Source of the DNA: Monosiga brevicollis MX1
Lineage: Eukaryota
Length of the DNA: 64,000 bases
Reading direction: 5' to 3'
Assembly: GCF_000002865.3 (NCBI RefSeq)
Contig: NW_001865044.1
Span: 1,211,628 to 1,275,627, forward strand
A program made the position numbers and the translations under genes. The notes under the pieces are model-generated. The model was not told the origin of the DNA and did not search any database. It saw nothing but the letters and a program-made list of their open reading frames with translations. Each line of letters starts with the position of its first letter. The stretch's first letter is position 1. This document shows positions 11,751-26,642 of the stretch, in pieces.

Positions 11751-14700
11751 TCAGTCACGAAGATCAAAGAGACAAATTTCCTGCTTGGTAAGAAGGCTGC
11801 GCAATGCGTTGGCCTTGAACGGATGAACGGCCAGGTGCTGCTCGAACTGCAAGCGGAGGCTCTGCAACAGCAAAAGCAAAAGCAAAAGCAAACAAACAAA
11901 ACACGGTCAATCCGTGAGCATCACGTTGCTACTGGCAAATGCGATAACGTTGCAAACACGGGCCCATTCGGTCTGGCCTTTGCATAAACAAACCTTGAGG
12001 TCAACGGCCGTGTTATTGATGAGCTCGTGGAAAAATCGCTGCCAGAGCGGCTGTACCCACGCAGCTTTAAAGGGTGTGGCCGGCATGAAGCCATCCTCAG
12101 TCAAGGCCAAGCTCATCTCGGTGCCATAGAGCAGCCAATGCATGGTGTTGGCGAGGCCGAGATAGTCCAGGTCCAGGCCAAGTGCAGGGCGGCGTAGTTG
12201 CTTCTGCAAAGCCGAGAAGAACGGCACCAAACTTCGCACTTGGTTCTCGTCCACGGTCGAGAAGGCAGCCGTGAAATTGGCCAGGAGCAGGCCTCGGTCA
12301 GCCCAGCCGTTGGAACCATCGGCACGCCACTCCTTTTGCCAGCCGTCTTCATCCTCAGCGTCGTTGCGAAGATAGATGTTCGAGGGCTGAAGCGAGCCGT
12401 GCACCACGCCTGCACCATGCATGCCTTCGACCGCTCGTAACAGCTCGACGGCATAGTAGATCGCGAGGGTCTCGTCCAGACCGGCTGGCGAGTTGGCAGC
12501 TAGCTGCACAACATCTTGCAGCGTGCCTTCGTCGGAGGCACGGCAACACAAGACGAGTCCGTCAGCAAACTGGAAAGCTCGCTCCGTCACACCATAGCAC
12601 AAAGACAATCGACGATCCTGTTCCACGTGCGACAGGAGGCGGCGTGTCACGACGGCCTCATAGCTTGACTGTGTCTGCTTCAAGAGGTGGTAGGTATAAA
12701 CCTCATCGTCGTCCTCGTCGTCAAAGCCAGCCGTATCAGCCGCATGAGGCGGTACTTCGCGTGCGAGAAAACTCTGCAGGCCCTCGGCCTCGGCAGCAAT
12801 AGGACGGACGACCTTGAGCGTCTTGCCGCGCAGCAAGGTCTTGAGGACCTGGTTGAGGCCAAGGCGGGGGCAAGGGGCCGGCAGTTGCTGGCACCAGGGC
12901 GAAGAGGCCCAGTCAGCATGTCGGTTCTCCACGAGCGCCTGCTTGAATGCGAGTGGCAGAGGGTGCTCGGGTGCACCACGCTCGTGATTGGATGTAAAGG
13001 AGCTGGAGGTCGAGGTTTCCTGGCTAGCCTCCACGATGGGACTCAGGTGATGATCGTCCATCTCAGCGAGGTGGAGACCGTGTTGGCGCGCCAGCATGGT
13101 CTGGTGGGGTAGATCGGTTCCCACATCACCATGTTCGGCCGGAATGGGCGTGGCGCAAGGCAGGGCCAGCTCGGCTGCAGCATTGGGCCGCACGAATGGC
13201 GTCGAGTGAGTGATGGATTCGGTGCTTGGGGCCGCTACCGTGATGTTGTGGTGGTCGTGAGCATCGTTTTCACCATCATCGTCAGCGTTTGCCTCCGTGC
13301 CGTCGTCATTGTACACCATGAAGGGGGTGGTGGAGAAAGACTTGAGCTCGCCCAGAACGCTACGGGGCTCATTGTGTTGGGCACCTTGCTCCTCGGAGGC
13401 GCCGAGTGGGAAGGCATTCTCGTCAGCAAAGCGCTCGGTCAAAGTCGCGGCTGGTGCAGCATTTTCGTCGCAGAAGATTTGGAAGCCACCAGCTGCTGGT
13501 GCAGCAGCTGTCTGAACGGGAGATTCCGTTGCGGGGGTGTCAGTGTTGCCCTCAAGCGGTGCACCAAACATGGCCATGATGTCAGCCATAGCGGCCTTGG
13601 TATTGATGGTGGGGGAGGGGCAGTTCTCAGCAGCAGCGCTCGCTTCAGTTTCTTCGGATCGAGTGGCCGGCGTGGCTTGGAGGCTGGCCGAATTGAAGTC
13701 AAGCTGCTTGGTAACGGTGTGGTCCTCTCGGTCCAGCGTGGCGTCGGTCGGTTGATCGCGGAGTACGCCCAGAGCACGGCGTGGGCGCAATGCACCTCGT
13801 TCTGTGCTGATGGACTCCTCTGTTTGCTCAAGGATAGTCGACATGTTTTGGGCCGGCGCGGGCGCTTGCTCGGCATGCGGCGGCAAAGGCAGGCTGGCAT
13901 CGGCAAGGGAAGATTCGACATCCCCAGCATCCTCCTCCATGTCGACATCTGCTGTAGCCTCTTCATCGTGGTACACTGGTGCAGAGGGGACGGGCAGCAT
14001 GTCCCAGCTGAGTTGGTTGGCCTGTAGCCACATGTTGGCACGTAGCTCTTCAAAAGTGCAGTCCTCCTCGGCCATTGGAGGAAAGATGGCTGCGGCATCA
14101 TAGGCCAGAACAACACCCTCCTCCTGGGCACTCTGGGCACGTCGACGTTGAAGTTCAACAAAAGGGTTAGCTTCCAGAGCTGCCAGGTCTTTCTTGGGCT
14201 TGAGAGCATTCTTCATGGCCTTGCTTTGCTTGCGCGGGGGCGAGCCACGCTGGCCAGCTTCCACAGGGTCTGCCAAAACGGCCAAAGAGGGGCCCGCACC
14301 ACCGGCTCCGCGCACCATGCTCTTGGCACCTTGCAAGCCACGATCCGTCCAGATACCAGCCGCCTGAAAAGCATTGAAATTACAAGGCACCCAAGGTTGC
14401 GTCAGCTCTCGTTGGCACCAATGACAGGGGCAGCGTTTCAAAACCATCGGGGTGAATAACACACCAGACTATTCTCCTTGCGAGTCACGCTTTGGACAGG
14501 CATCTGGCGCCATCCTTGCTCAGCAGAAACTTGAGCTCCAGCCGGCGCCGATCTAAATTATTTTTCACGTTTTTGTGGCAAGGGAATGAGGTCTGGTGTC
14601 AACGTTGGGCTGGGTTCAGGGGTCAGGATTGGGCATAGGATCTAATCGGTATGGACGTACCCGTTATCGGAGAAGATCTGCAGGCTCCCAGTGTTGTTGC

Positions 14701-16041
14701 TGGCGGGTGCTGCAGAAGCTCCACCCAGGCCTCGGGTGCTGTAGACAAAGCATTGATGGTATATGAGACGAGGAGACAAGTTGGTGTGCAAGCAGAAGGC
14801 TGTGGAAGCAGCAGACGTGCAAGGTCAAGATGGGTCTTTACGCACTGTCCAGAGAGAGCTGTGACTCGGTTGCTTGCAACGTGACCATGCTTGTTGGCCC
14901 GTAGATCACCAAGATGTTGTCGTTGGCTACACAAAGATGCGAATGTGGAGTGGTCAAACTTTGGCATTGCGACGAGATACTGGTAGAGCATTATCGAATG
15001 GGACAGGTTGAGCGAGCTACGGGTGAACTGACCTCAGGTCTTCTTCGGGCTGATCGCGGCCAAGCAGGGTGGCGCGTGTCGCTGTGTCCTCGATGCGCAA
15101 AGCGCATTCCATTTGCTTTTGACGCAGGAGCTCAGCGCTTTCATCATCAGTCATAAAAGGTAAGCCTTGGTCAAAGACGGCCAGAGCTTCCTCAGGACGT
15201 TCCAAAGACTCGAGGATGCGCGCATAGTTCTGCCGCAAGAAAAGGCGAGGTGAGGCGAGGTGAGGTGAGGCGAGGCAAGACGGCAGGCCATGTGATGAGC
15301 TGGCAACCATTTGAGAGGGGCTGGCACAAGGGCTTTTGAGCCTGAACCTACATTCCAAAAGAGGACAGTAGCGACGCCGATGCGTTTGCTGCGCATAAAC
15401 TTGATCATGTCGCGAGGATCCTCCACCACGTCGGCATACTGGAAGCAAATGTCAATGTAGCGTGGATCATCATGGTACTCGAGCAAGGTTGCAAATTTGC
15501 GCACGCAGCGCTCAAGCACGCTGGTGCGATTCACTTTAACGTCGCCAAGAGCGGCATGTTCCTCAGTCCACTTGAGATAGCTGCGTGCGCAGAGCCGAGG
15601 CCAGAGCATTGGTCAAGGCACCGTGTGTGCAAGAGCGATGGAGATCACTAAGGTGGCCCATGAGACGATGAGCACAGGTTTCGTCTCACCTAATCCATGG
15701 TTGCAGAGGATCATCGCCGGTGCCTGCATTGATTTCCGCCTCAAAGCGCCTAATCCGTCGACAGAGCCAGCGACAGGAGCAACCAGCCAGGTTGGGGAGT
15801 CAGGAGCGACACAGGCAAGGATGGATGGCGCGAAAAGCAGGAGCTATTACACGCATATGCATGAGGCTCAGCGATCTGGACGTCACACTGATCACTGAGG
15901 CACGCACGCTTTTTCGTTCTCGAGCCAAGTGTGACTCGAGGATCTGTCTTGGGCTTGCAGCAGTTGGGCAGCGCGATAGCCCTTGCGCAGGGGTTGCGCA
16001 TTCTCCTTGATGTTCTCCCACTCGCTCGTGTTCAAGGCCAT
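11751..16041 (-). CDS. BUB1: MadBub spindle-checkpoint protein (BUB1/BUBR1/Mad3 family) with degenerate kinase domain
   Basis: N-term MALNTSEWENIKENAQPLRKG (KEN1). TPR/Mad3_BUB1_I domain (YLKWTEE, LERCVRKF, YHDDPRY, PRDMIKFM...IG). ABBA LQIFSD, KEN2 (RKEN, 14471-14479), GLEBS EEDCTFEELRA, CD1 PSPTINTKAAMADIMAMF, KARD LSPIVEAS. C-terminal Bub1-type kinase fold; last exon ends ...CLFDLRD* at 11751. Confidence 0.92.
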
Positions 16042-16091
16042 GCTGGCAGTTTCAGAAGCAAACAATCCAGCTCGCTACCACACACCCACCC

Positions 16092-16586
16092 NNNNNNNNN
16101 NNNNNNNNNNNNNNNNNNNNNNNNNNNNNNNNNNNNNNNNNNNNNNNNNNNNNNNNNNNNNNNNNNNNNNNNNNNNNNNNNNNNNNNNNNNNNNNNNNNN
16201 NNNNNNNNNNNNNNNNNNNNNNNNNNNNNNNNNNNNNNNNNNNNNNNNNNNNNNNNNNNNNNNNNNNNNNNNNNNNNNNNNNNNNNNNNNNNNNNNNNNN
16301 NNNNNNNNNNNNNNNNNNNNNNNNNNNNNNNNNNNNNNNNNNNNNNNNNNNNNNNNNNNNNNNNNNNNNNNNNNNNNNNNNNNNNNNNNNNNNNNNNNNN
16401 NNNNNNNNNNNNNNNNNNNNNNNNNNNNNNNNNNNNNNNNNNNNNNNNNNNNNNNNNNNNNNNNNNNNNNNNNNNNNNNNNNNNNNNNNNNNNNNNNNNN
16501 NNNNNNNNNNNNNNNNNNNNNNNNNNNNNNNNNNNNNNNNNNNNNNNNNNNNNNNNNNNNNNNNNNNNNNNNNNNNNNNNNNNNNN
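16092..16586. other. Assembly gap (N run)
   Basis: Run of n. Confidence 1.
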
Positions 16587-16712
<126 letters not shown>

Positions 16713-16819
16713 GTCTTTTGACTTTGCAATTCGATTTCATTTTTTGAATTTTCGCGGCAATTTCATTGTCTGACAATTCGCTTTGTTTTGGCGGGAATTC
16801 TAATCACTTTGTCGACAAA

Positions 16820-16867
<48 letters not shown>

Positions 16868-16911
16868 AACGTGTTCGCCATTTGGCTTTTGGAGGCACAC
16901 TCCCAGGGATC

Positions 16912-17372
16912 ATGGAGGCGGGCGATTGGCAGGCATTGGAGCAAGAAGGCCAGTGGCAGCATCAGCTTTTGACTTCGCTGCAGCGGCAGTTGGAAGAGGC
17001 CAAACGGCGCCAACGGAGTGGTGTGTTTTCTCCCTTGTTCCCTCTCCGTGTGTTGGGTAGCGCTGCTTCATATTCTCGTGACACTTGCACTTAGATGCCG
17101 AAACACGCGCCAAGCTGCAGACGGCTGTGGATAATGGTCAGTCTTCTTTCATCCAAGGCTCTGGGTTGCCCATCGACCTCAAACCGCCTCTGATCTTGTG
17201 GCTGGGTGAACACCGCAGCGGCACTTGGACATGCCGCTGCAGAACAGCGCCTCAATGCCGTGCGAACACAGCTGGAGCAGATGCGGCGCCTGTTTGAGCA
17301 CCGTCGCACCAAGTTGCAACGTCTCGAGGCCACCTATGAGGAGCTTTTGGCCACCGTGGAACGCCGCTTGTA
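16912..17372 (+). CDS. Small coiled-coil hypothetical protein (about 3 exons; 3' end uncertain)
   Basis: ATG after a (CA)n promoter tract: MEAGDWQALEQEGQWQHQLLTSLQRQLEEAKRRQR. Later exons DAETRAKLQTAVDN and AAAEQRLNAVRTQLEQMRRLFEHRRTKLQRLEATYEELL, with plausible GT-AG junctions. No recognisable family. Confidence 0.45.
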
Positions 17373-17577
17373 GGTCGATGCTTAAAAACACGCCACCCGT
17401 AAAGCTTTTGTGATTTGAACTGACAGCGCGATGTGCCCTGGCTATGTAGAGACACCTACTGCACAACTGCGTGCGACTTGGCACGCTTTGCTCTGGTGTG
17501 ATGCTCCAGACCTGCCTCTTTTGAGTGCGTGCCAAGACTTGAAATCGATTTCATTTGCGGCAGCAGAAAGGCGTGAC

Positions 17578-19983
<2,406 letters not shown>

Positions 19984-21263
19984 GCTGTCCAGCTGTGCCT
20001 GCGTGGTCTGCTGCTGGGTTGAAGCGGCTGATGCGTGTGTTTGCGGAGGTGAGGTGTGTTGAGACCCCGCAGCAGGCGCCGCGGCAGTGCCCGGTCGGGA
20101 AGCAGCTGCCGATGGAGAAGGTGTAGCGTCGGTTGTCGTGGTCAGTGAGGGTCGGCTATTCGGCGAGTCGTGGGTGGAGCTGGCCCCGCTCTGGAGCCGT
20201 GGGCCCGAGCGAGTGTATTCCTATGTTGTTGAAAGAATACGCAAACGTTGATTTGTGATAAGGCGATGCAAGGGTCGAACGAGACGGGGTGTGAGGGGTA
20301 GAGAAACGACGCGCGCCAAAAATGCATCAAGGAGTTCCAAAAAAAAAAAAAAAAGAGAAAAGAGAAAAAGAGATTAAAAAAAAAGCACGTACGCGGGCCC
20401 ATGCTAGGAAGGTTTCGCGTGAAGCCGGTTGAACGGGTCTTGTGTCCTTGGGCAGTCGGTGGTTAGGATGTCGCCAGCGTGGGGCGAGATGTCGCTGCCA
20501 AGCCTTCACCGCCTGTCGGCGAGTGGCATCGGCATCGGCAAGCCCAGCGTTGTGGGCCAGCTCGAGCCATTCACGACGAGCACAGCGTTGAATCTGCACA
20601 TGACGTGACGGCAAAATGATTTGAAAACAGGCTTGGATTTGGCCTCCTCCCCGGCCCGGCCGATGGCTTGTTAGGGAGAGGCAAGGGCAAGATCCAAGCG
20701 AGACGCACCTGAGCTTCGTCCTTTGGTTCAGCGTTGGCAGCCTCGTGGAGGGCAAACGTTAGGGGCTGGATGGCACGCAGCCGAACCTTCTCGGCCTCGG
20801 GCAACTGTAGCAGTGGGGCTGGCGGCGGCATTGCGGCGAGAACCACGGCCAGCACCACAGCCTCTCCCTATCTGTGCCCCGCACCACCCACGTCGCAAGC
20901 GTACAACGAGCGCAGCCGAGGCACGTACAGCTCGCTCACGCAACGGCCGCACACCAGTCACCGTTGACTTGCCGGTCGGCGGATTGCAATCAGAGTCGTA
21001 CAGCTCAATGCCTACACCCGTCATGAGGAAATGCAGTCATGGGCAGCATACCACGTCAATGCTTCATCCCAATCGTACCATCCCAGCCCATCGTTGATCA
21101 AGCATCCAACACTCTCAAACATCGCCTCATCCCCTCCCCCCCATCTCCCGCCCGCCATAACCCCTCCCTCCCCACCGGCGCTGCCAAAGTCTCACCACAA
21201 GCAGAACCAGAACCAGAACCCGCAACGAGGCAAAAAAAAATACGGAACGTAACGGCTTGATGT

Positions 21264-21266
<3 letters not shown>

Positions 21267-21317
<51 letters not shown>
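21267..21317. repeat. (AG)n microsatellite in divergent promoter
   Basis: Directly visible. Confidence 0.97.
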
Positions 21318-21320
<3 letters not shown>

Positions 21321-21325
21321 GAGTG

Positions 21326-21449
21326 ATTGTCAGCATTATTTCCCTCATTGTCAGCACTTTTCTGACGGTCTATTCCTGATTGTCAGCATTTTCACACAGA
21401 CACACACACACACACACACACACACTCTCTCTCCACTCGATTGTCAGCA
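21326..21449. promoter_or_regulatory. Cluster of four ATTGTCAGCA copies, candidate transcription-factor sites
   Basis: Exact 10-mer at 21326, 21347, 21379 and 21440, between divergently transcribed genes and 50-170 nt upstream of the PhyH ATG. Function is inferred. Confidence 0.5.
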
Positions 21450-21495
21450 ATTTCGAAACAGCGCTCGCTTCGTCAAGGTGATCAAGGGGAGCGGG

Positions 21496-23051
21496 ATGGC
21501 TTGGCAGCCACGGTTTCTGGTGCGGACGCTGGATGGGGTGAATGTTGATCCGGTGCAGCTGCGTCGGCGGTTGGTGGAGGATGGGTTTGTGATCTTGCGA
21601 AACTTTTTTGAACCCGCCATTGTGCGGGAAGCGCGAACTGCTTGCCGCATCCTTGAGAATGAGGTCCGTGGCGGCTGCACATGCTTGCGAGTGAGCCGAG
21701 TGGCGGGTGGCTTCATACTATCGAGGCGTGCCACACCTGATTGAAAACCGTCGCGGCAGACGCTCGCGCGTCTGATAGAGGAGGGTCACGTCCAGGATCT
21801 CTGTGCGGAGCTTCCTTTGGAAACGCGTTTGGCCAAGGCTTGCCGAGCCTGTCCGGAACAGGTGCGGCAGGCCGCTGCTGCAACCCGTACTGGGCACATG
21901 TGCGCTCGCGCTCACAGAAGTCTCAATGGATATTCACATCTTACCAAATGGCATGTACGTGTCGGCGGTTGCAGGTGCCAACCCTCTTTCACTCTGAGCT
22001 GCACCTGCTGCAGCTCTTTGACCTGTTTTGTGGTCGCGACCTTCTGGAGATGATGCTTGCCATTACCGGTACGCTGCACGCCCCCATCACGACACCCTGC
22101 TTGCAACTGCCAAGCACGCCCACTTGCGCTTATAGAATAATGATTCTCTCCCTGCTTTCTTCTTTTTTTTTCTTCTATCTCACTCTTGTCAACTTGGCAG
22201 GCGCAGACGAGCTGCGGCTGCTTCCCAGCTACACGATTCGTCCCAAAATGCCCCACCTGGAAAGTCACAATCTGCCCTGGCACCAAGATGGGGGCCTCGA
22301 TGAACACGGCCAACCCCAGACGCGCGACATTGCCGACCTCCTCGAAGCTTTTGGTCTGCACGATGGCTACTTTCGGTAGGCGCGGCTCTATGGTACTTGT
22401 CATCAGCGTCGTCGCCACCGCCACCACCACCACCACCACCACCACCACCACGTGATGTTTGAATGCGGGTGCCAAGAAAGTGGGGCACTACTCACAAAAC
22501 GTCGTTGCGCCCGACTTTGCCCTTTTCAGGACCATCAACTGCTGGGCGCCGCTCGTGCAAGCCAACAAGGCAGCGGGATGCCTACGCTTCATCCCTCAGA
22601 GCCATCGCCAGGGCCTCCTGTCTCACCTAGAACTGAGCCAAACTGCCAATGGAGGTCCCAAGCACCCCACGCAGGTTGAGCCGGGCATCATGGCCGAACT
22701 CGAGCCACATGCTGTGGACATTGAGACGTCGCCCGGAGATCTTGTTTTGTTCAGCAACTTGCTGGTCTATAGCGATCAACTCAATGAGTATGCAGAGCTT
22801 GCCACTCACCCCGCCCGCTCTTCTTCTTAGCAACGGCCATTCCATACACGCTTCTCATCTGATGCCGTTGCATGGTCCGAAACGCTGCCTCTAGGCGTCA
22901 AGGTTACGTCCGCTGGAGCGCCGAGTGGCGCTATCAGGATGCCGAGCAAGTGGCCGCAACGGAACCAGGCCTCGGGCACATTGTCCGCTCGCTAATTGAT
23001 ATCGACAACGAGATCCAGTCGCCCCAAGAGTGGGCCCTGGCTTCGGCTTGA
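21496..23051 (+). CDS. Phytanoyl-CoA dioxygenase (PhyH) family Fe(II)/2-oxoglutarate dioxygenase-like protein
   Basis: EDGFVILRNFF, IRPKMP...LPWHQDGG (HxD), INCWAPLVQANKAAGCLRFIPQSH, ETSPGDLVLFSNLL, VRWSAEWRYQD; multi-exon. Confidence 0.85.
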
Positions 23052-23113
23052 CCCTTGGTCTCGGCCGTCAATAGACTTTTGATGCTGAGGGAGGGTGGTT
23101 TTTGTGGCCACCC

Positions 23114-25412
23114 CTATCGCTGCCCCTGCACCGTGTTCTGAGTGATCGTGGTCAGCACCAGAGGTGGCAGCTTCCATGTGTCTTTTGATCTTCCTTTCCC
23201 TCCTTTTCTGTCATCATCGGCCTCCGACCCGCCAGAGCTGCGCTCTGCCTCCAAATCAATTTGAATCGACTCCACAAACTTTGATGATTCTGTCATCGCG
23301 CTAAATTGCCAAGGGGGATAATATCATGATGCCGCGGATGTTACGCGTGGTGACCGTGCGGCGCTGCGCGGGGCCTTGGCCTTGAACGCCGGTTGGACCA
23401 TGCCGGTGGCCACGGTGCCTTGGTTCAAGAGCAAGCCCTAAGGACCACCAGGAATCATGGGATGAGATCACGACCAGCACTGTGCGCACCCCTGCCGCTG
23501 AGCAGGCAAGAGCAAGGGGATACCGAACGAAAGAAGCAAGCTCATACCTGGCTCTCGAGCTCAAACTCAATCTCCTGCAAACGTCGAAAAACCTGGGCGC
23601 CTGCACCCAATGGTAGAGGGCAGATCAGTTGCTTGGCCATGATTGCCGTTGCCTGCAAACATAACAACGAGCGACGCGTGAGAAGGCAGCCCCGAGGAAA
23701 CCAGGTGAACGAGGTGAGGCTACACTCTGCCGGGGACTCGACCCACCAGGTCGGCCGAAAGCGGCTCGTCGTTGGGGCCTCCCAGGGCTACATCCACCAC
23801 AACGTCGCACCGGGCTTTTTGCGCCTCGCCTACCAACGCACGAAGCAAACCCGATGAGGCCGCTCCTTCCTCTCGCTCTGAAGTCTGGCAGATATTGCTG
23901 GCCCTGCGCCAACTCGAACAACTCATGCTTGCCCACCCTGCCTCTACTCGAGTACAGCACGTCCACACGACGTACGGGCTTGGCGGCAAAAATTGGATAT
24001 CACAGCACACTGCACCAAGTTGAGCAAGACGCCCGTAACGCAGGTATTTTGCTGAGCGTGGGTGCTTGAGTCCTGGCCAGCCAAGATGGCCGCAGCATCA
24101 GCGGACAAAACAGCGTCATCCGTAGCCTCCTGCTCTTCGCTGGCCTCAACAGAGGCATCTTCCTCAGCCACGGTGACCTCTGGAGCTGGTTCGGGCGTGC
24201 CCGCTTCACTTGATGCAGGCTCATCTGCTTCGCTATCGTCAATGCCAAATAAACTTGGGATGCGGCTTGGCCGTGATTCGAGAGCTTGGTGGCATACAAT
24301 GTGACAGCGCCCATGCGCGGTCGTGCACAGGTGTTGCCAGTTTTCCCTCTCCTATAATGCCGACGCGAATATCAGCTGAAACGACACAGCAGCCGTGGGG
24401 GGCTTAATTTAACAGCGACCCACTTCGGGAACGGCACGCAAGGGGTCCACAATAAACACAAGGCCGTGGCTGTGTGTTAGCCGGGCCAATTCGTCGGCCT
24501 GCAAGACGATATGAAACGGAAAAGTGAGGGGCTTGGCAGCTCAGGTCTCAGCCGCAAGGTTGGAGCGAACAAGTTGTGCTCTGACCAGCTCGCGGCCCGT
24601 TTTGGAGGTGCCGATGTCATAGCGATCCTTCTTCGAATCATAGCTTTGATTTACAGCTAATCGAGCATTGGGCATGGTTGTAGAGGGTCAGATGCTGTGG
24701 GGCAATCATGTCATGGGGCGCATGCTTTCACGCACCGAAAGACAAGCCAAAATAGAAGTCGCGGCCAAGCTGCATGTTGACCGTGTTACCGGCATCGCGC
24801 AAAAGGTCGACGACCTTGTCGAGCTAAAAACATAGGTAGCAATTGTGGTGGCACAGCGTGAGCAAAACGTGAGCACAACTGCCTCGATCCAAAAGCCTAG
24901 TTTGAGGTGGTGGACACACATACCGAATCAAAGTTCATGGAAAAAATGCCATTGTCGTTTGGCAGCAAGGGTTGTTTTGTGCCCGCCTTGGCCTACCATC
25001 CCAAAGAAGTAAGTCATCAATCAGACGCCAACGGGCTGTACCGTTTGGGTAGGAAGCGTGTCACCCAATTCAATCCTCAAGGCGTACCTGAACGGCTTTG
25101 GTGAGCTGGAGTAGCATTGGCACCATGTTCTTCATGGGCAGTTGTCGTGCCATTCGCACATAGACACTGCGTAGTCGAGCTTTGCCACCTGTTCATGATC
25201 GGTACGGAAAACCGGATTAAGAGTTGATGGCCAACAGTGGTCAAACATGCAGCATGGTTAGCATACCTGTGCACTGAAATAGCTCGATCAATGGAATAGG
25301 CACGCCGCGGTGCGTTCCATCCTCCCTGCCAGCCAGGCCAAGGCAGATGCCCAACGTTATGGTGAGCGAAGCGCGAAAGGGAAGAACGGACAAGAAAGCA
25401 GGAGGAAGAAGA

Positions 25413-25451
<39 letters not shown>

Positions 25452-26642
25452 AGAAGAAGAAGAAGGAGAAGAAGAAGGAGAAGAAGAAGAAGGAGAAACA
25501 TGAGAGGAGTTCAGGGGACAAAGGTGTCCAAGCTAGGACGCACGGGCGGTCAAAGATTTGGCTCAGGACGCGGTGAACGGGTTCACGCTTCACTTCGGCC
25601 AATGCTTGAACGGTCGCCAGTGAGGTGGCTAGCACGGGTTGAACACCCAACTTGTGGCAAGACAATCCAGCGGCATGACGGTGAGGACAGGCGTACGGTC
25701 AAAAGCTGAATGTTTGTGCGACGCAGTGTGGGGCTGGTGGCAGGCACCGTACCGACGGCAGGGCCAAGGGGTCAGCATCGAGAGCTAGCATGGCATCGTC
25801 GATGCCCTCAATGTTCTCGAGCTGCAAGCCGTACACCGCCGGGCTGATGGCCTCGTTCAGAGTTGTGCAGACAGGCCCTAGAACGTTGGCGTCCTGTTGG
25901 CGCAGCGAACAGCGTCGGTGTATCGTATACGGGAAGGCGACGAGGCAAAGAAGGGGGGCGCCAAAGGAAAAAAAAAAAAAGATCATTAACCCTGGCATCA
26001 GCTATCAGGAGCATCGAGGGCGCGTTCACTCTGGAGCGCACCTCTGTCAGGTCGAGGCGCTCGACCGGGGTCGCTGGGGCCACCGGTACAGTTATGCGAC
26101 GCGTCTCATTGTCCTCGGTGGTCTGCTTGGGAGAGTAAGGCGAGTCAGCAAAGTGAGCGGCGGCCAGCAGGTGACAAATGCAAGGGTACATTTGCTTCAG
26201 CAGAGTGTGGGCCTTGCCTGATCTTCCGTGTCGTAAACGCTACGGGGCGGGCGCACAGTTGCAAGGAGGCGGACAACGTTGTTGACACGCGCAAAAAGAC
26301 GGCAGCCCAGCTGCGGCATGCCATTGTTGCCAATCGTGGACACGGCTTCAACCTGTCCAAGGCAAATGCGTTTCAATCGTGAACACTCCGTCAAAGCATG
26401 GTCCAGGGATTGACGGGAGGCGTCCAGCTTGAGCTGATCCAGGCAACGACTGGCTGACTCTGGGCGAGCTGACTCACATGATCGATGGTAGCTCCGTGGC
26501 CGCGGGTGCGAAAATATTCCGCCAAAAAGCCAATCACATCTTCCGGCTCCTCCTTACATGCAGCATTGAGCGCATCCTCCACTGGGTTCAGTACCTGGCT
26601 GGCTGCAATCCAGGCCTCGGCTGCCACTTGCCGCTCGGTCAT
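23114..26642 (-). CDS. ENO4: Enolase-4-like (divergent, cilia-associated enolase family) with N-terminal RIIa/Dpy-30-like docking helix
   Basis: N-term VEDALNAACKEEPEDVIGFLAEYF, then IDHVEAVSTIGNNGMPQL (enolase N-domain start), LNEAISPAVYGLQLENIEGIDDAMLALD, and C-terminal FRRLQEIEFEL. Exon structure only partly resolved. Confidence 0.7.
25398..25498. repeat. (GAA)n/(GGA) purine trinucleotide repeat in an ENO4-like intron
   Basis: Directly visible. Confidence 0.95.

Noticed and set aside
21326..21449. Repeat-spacer pattern as a CRISPR array
   Set aside because: Repeat only 10 nt, irregular spacers, eukaryotic context, no cas genes
25241..25709. Poly-Leu/poly-Lys/poly-Arg ORFs
   Set aside because: Products of the intronic (GAA)n repeat
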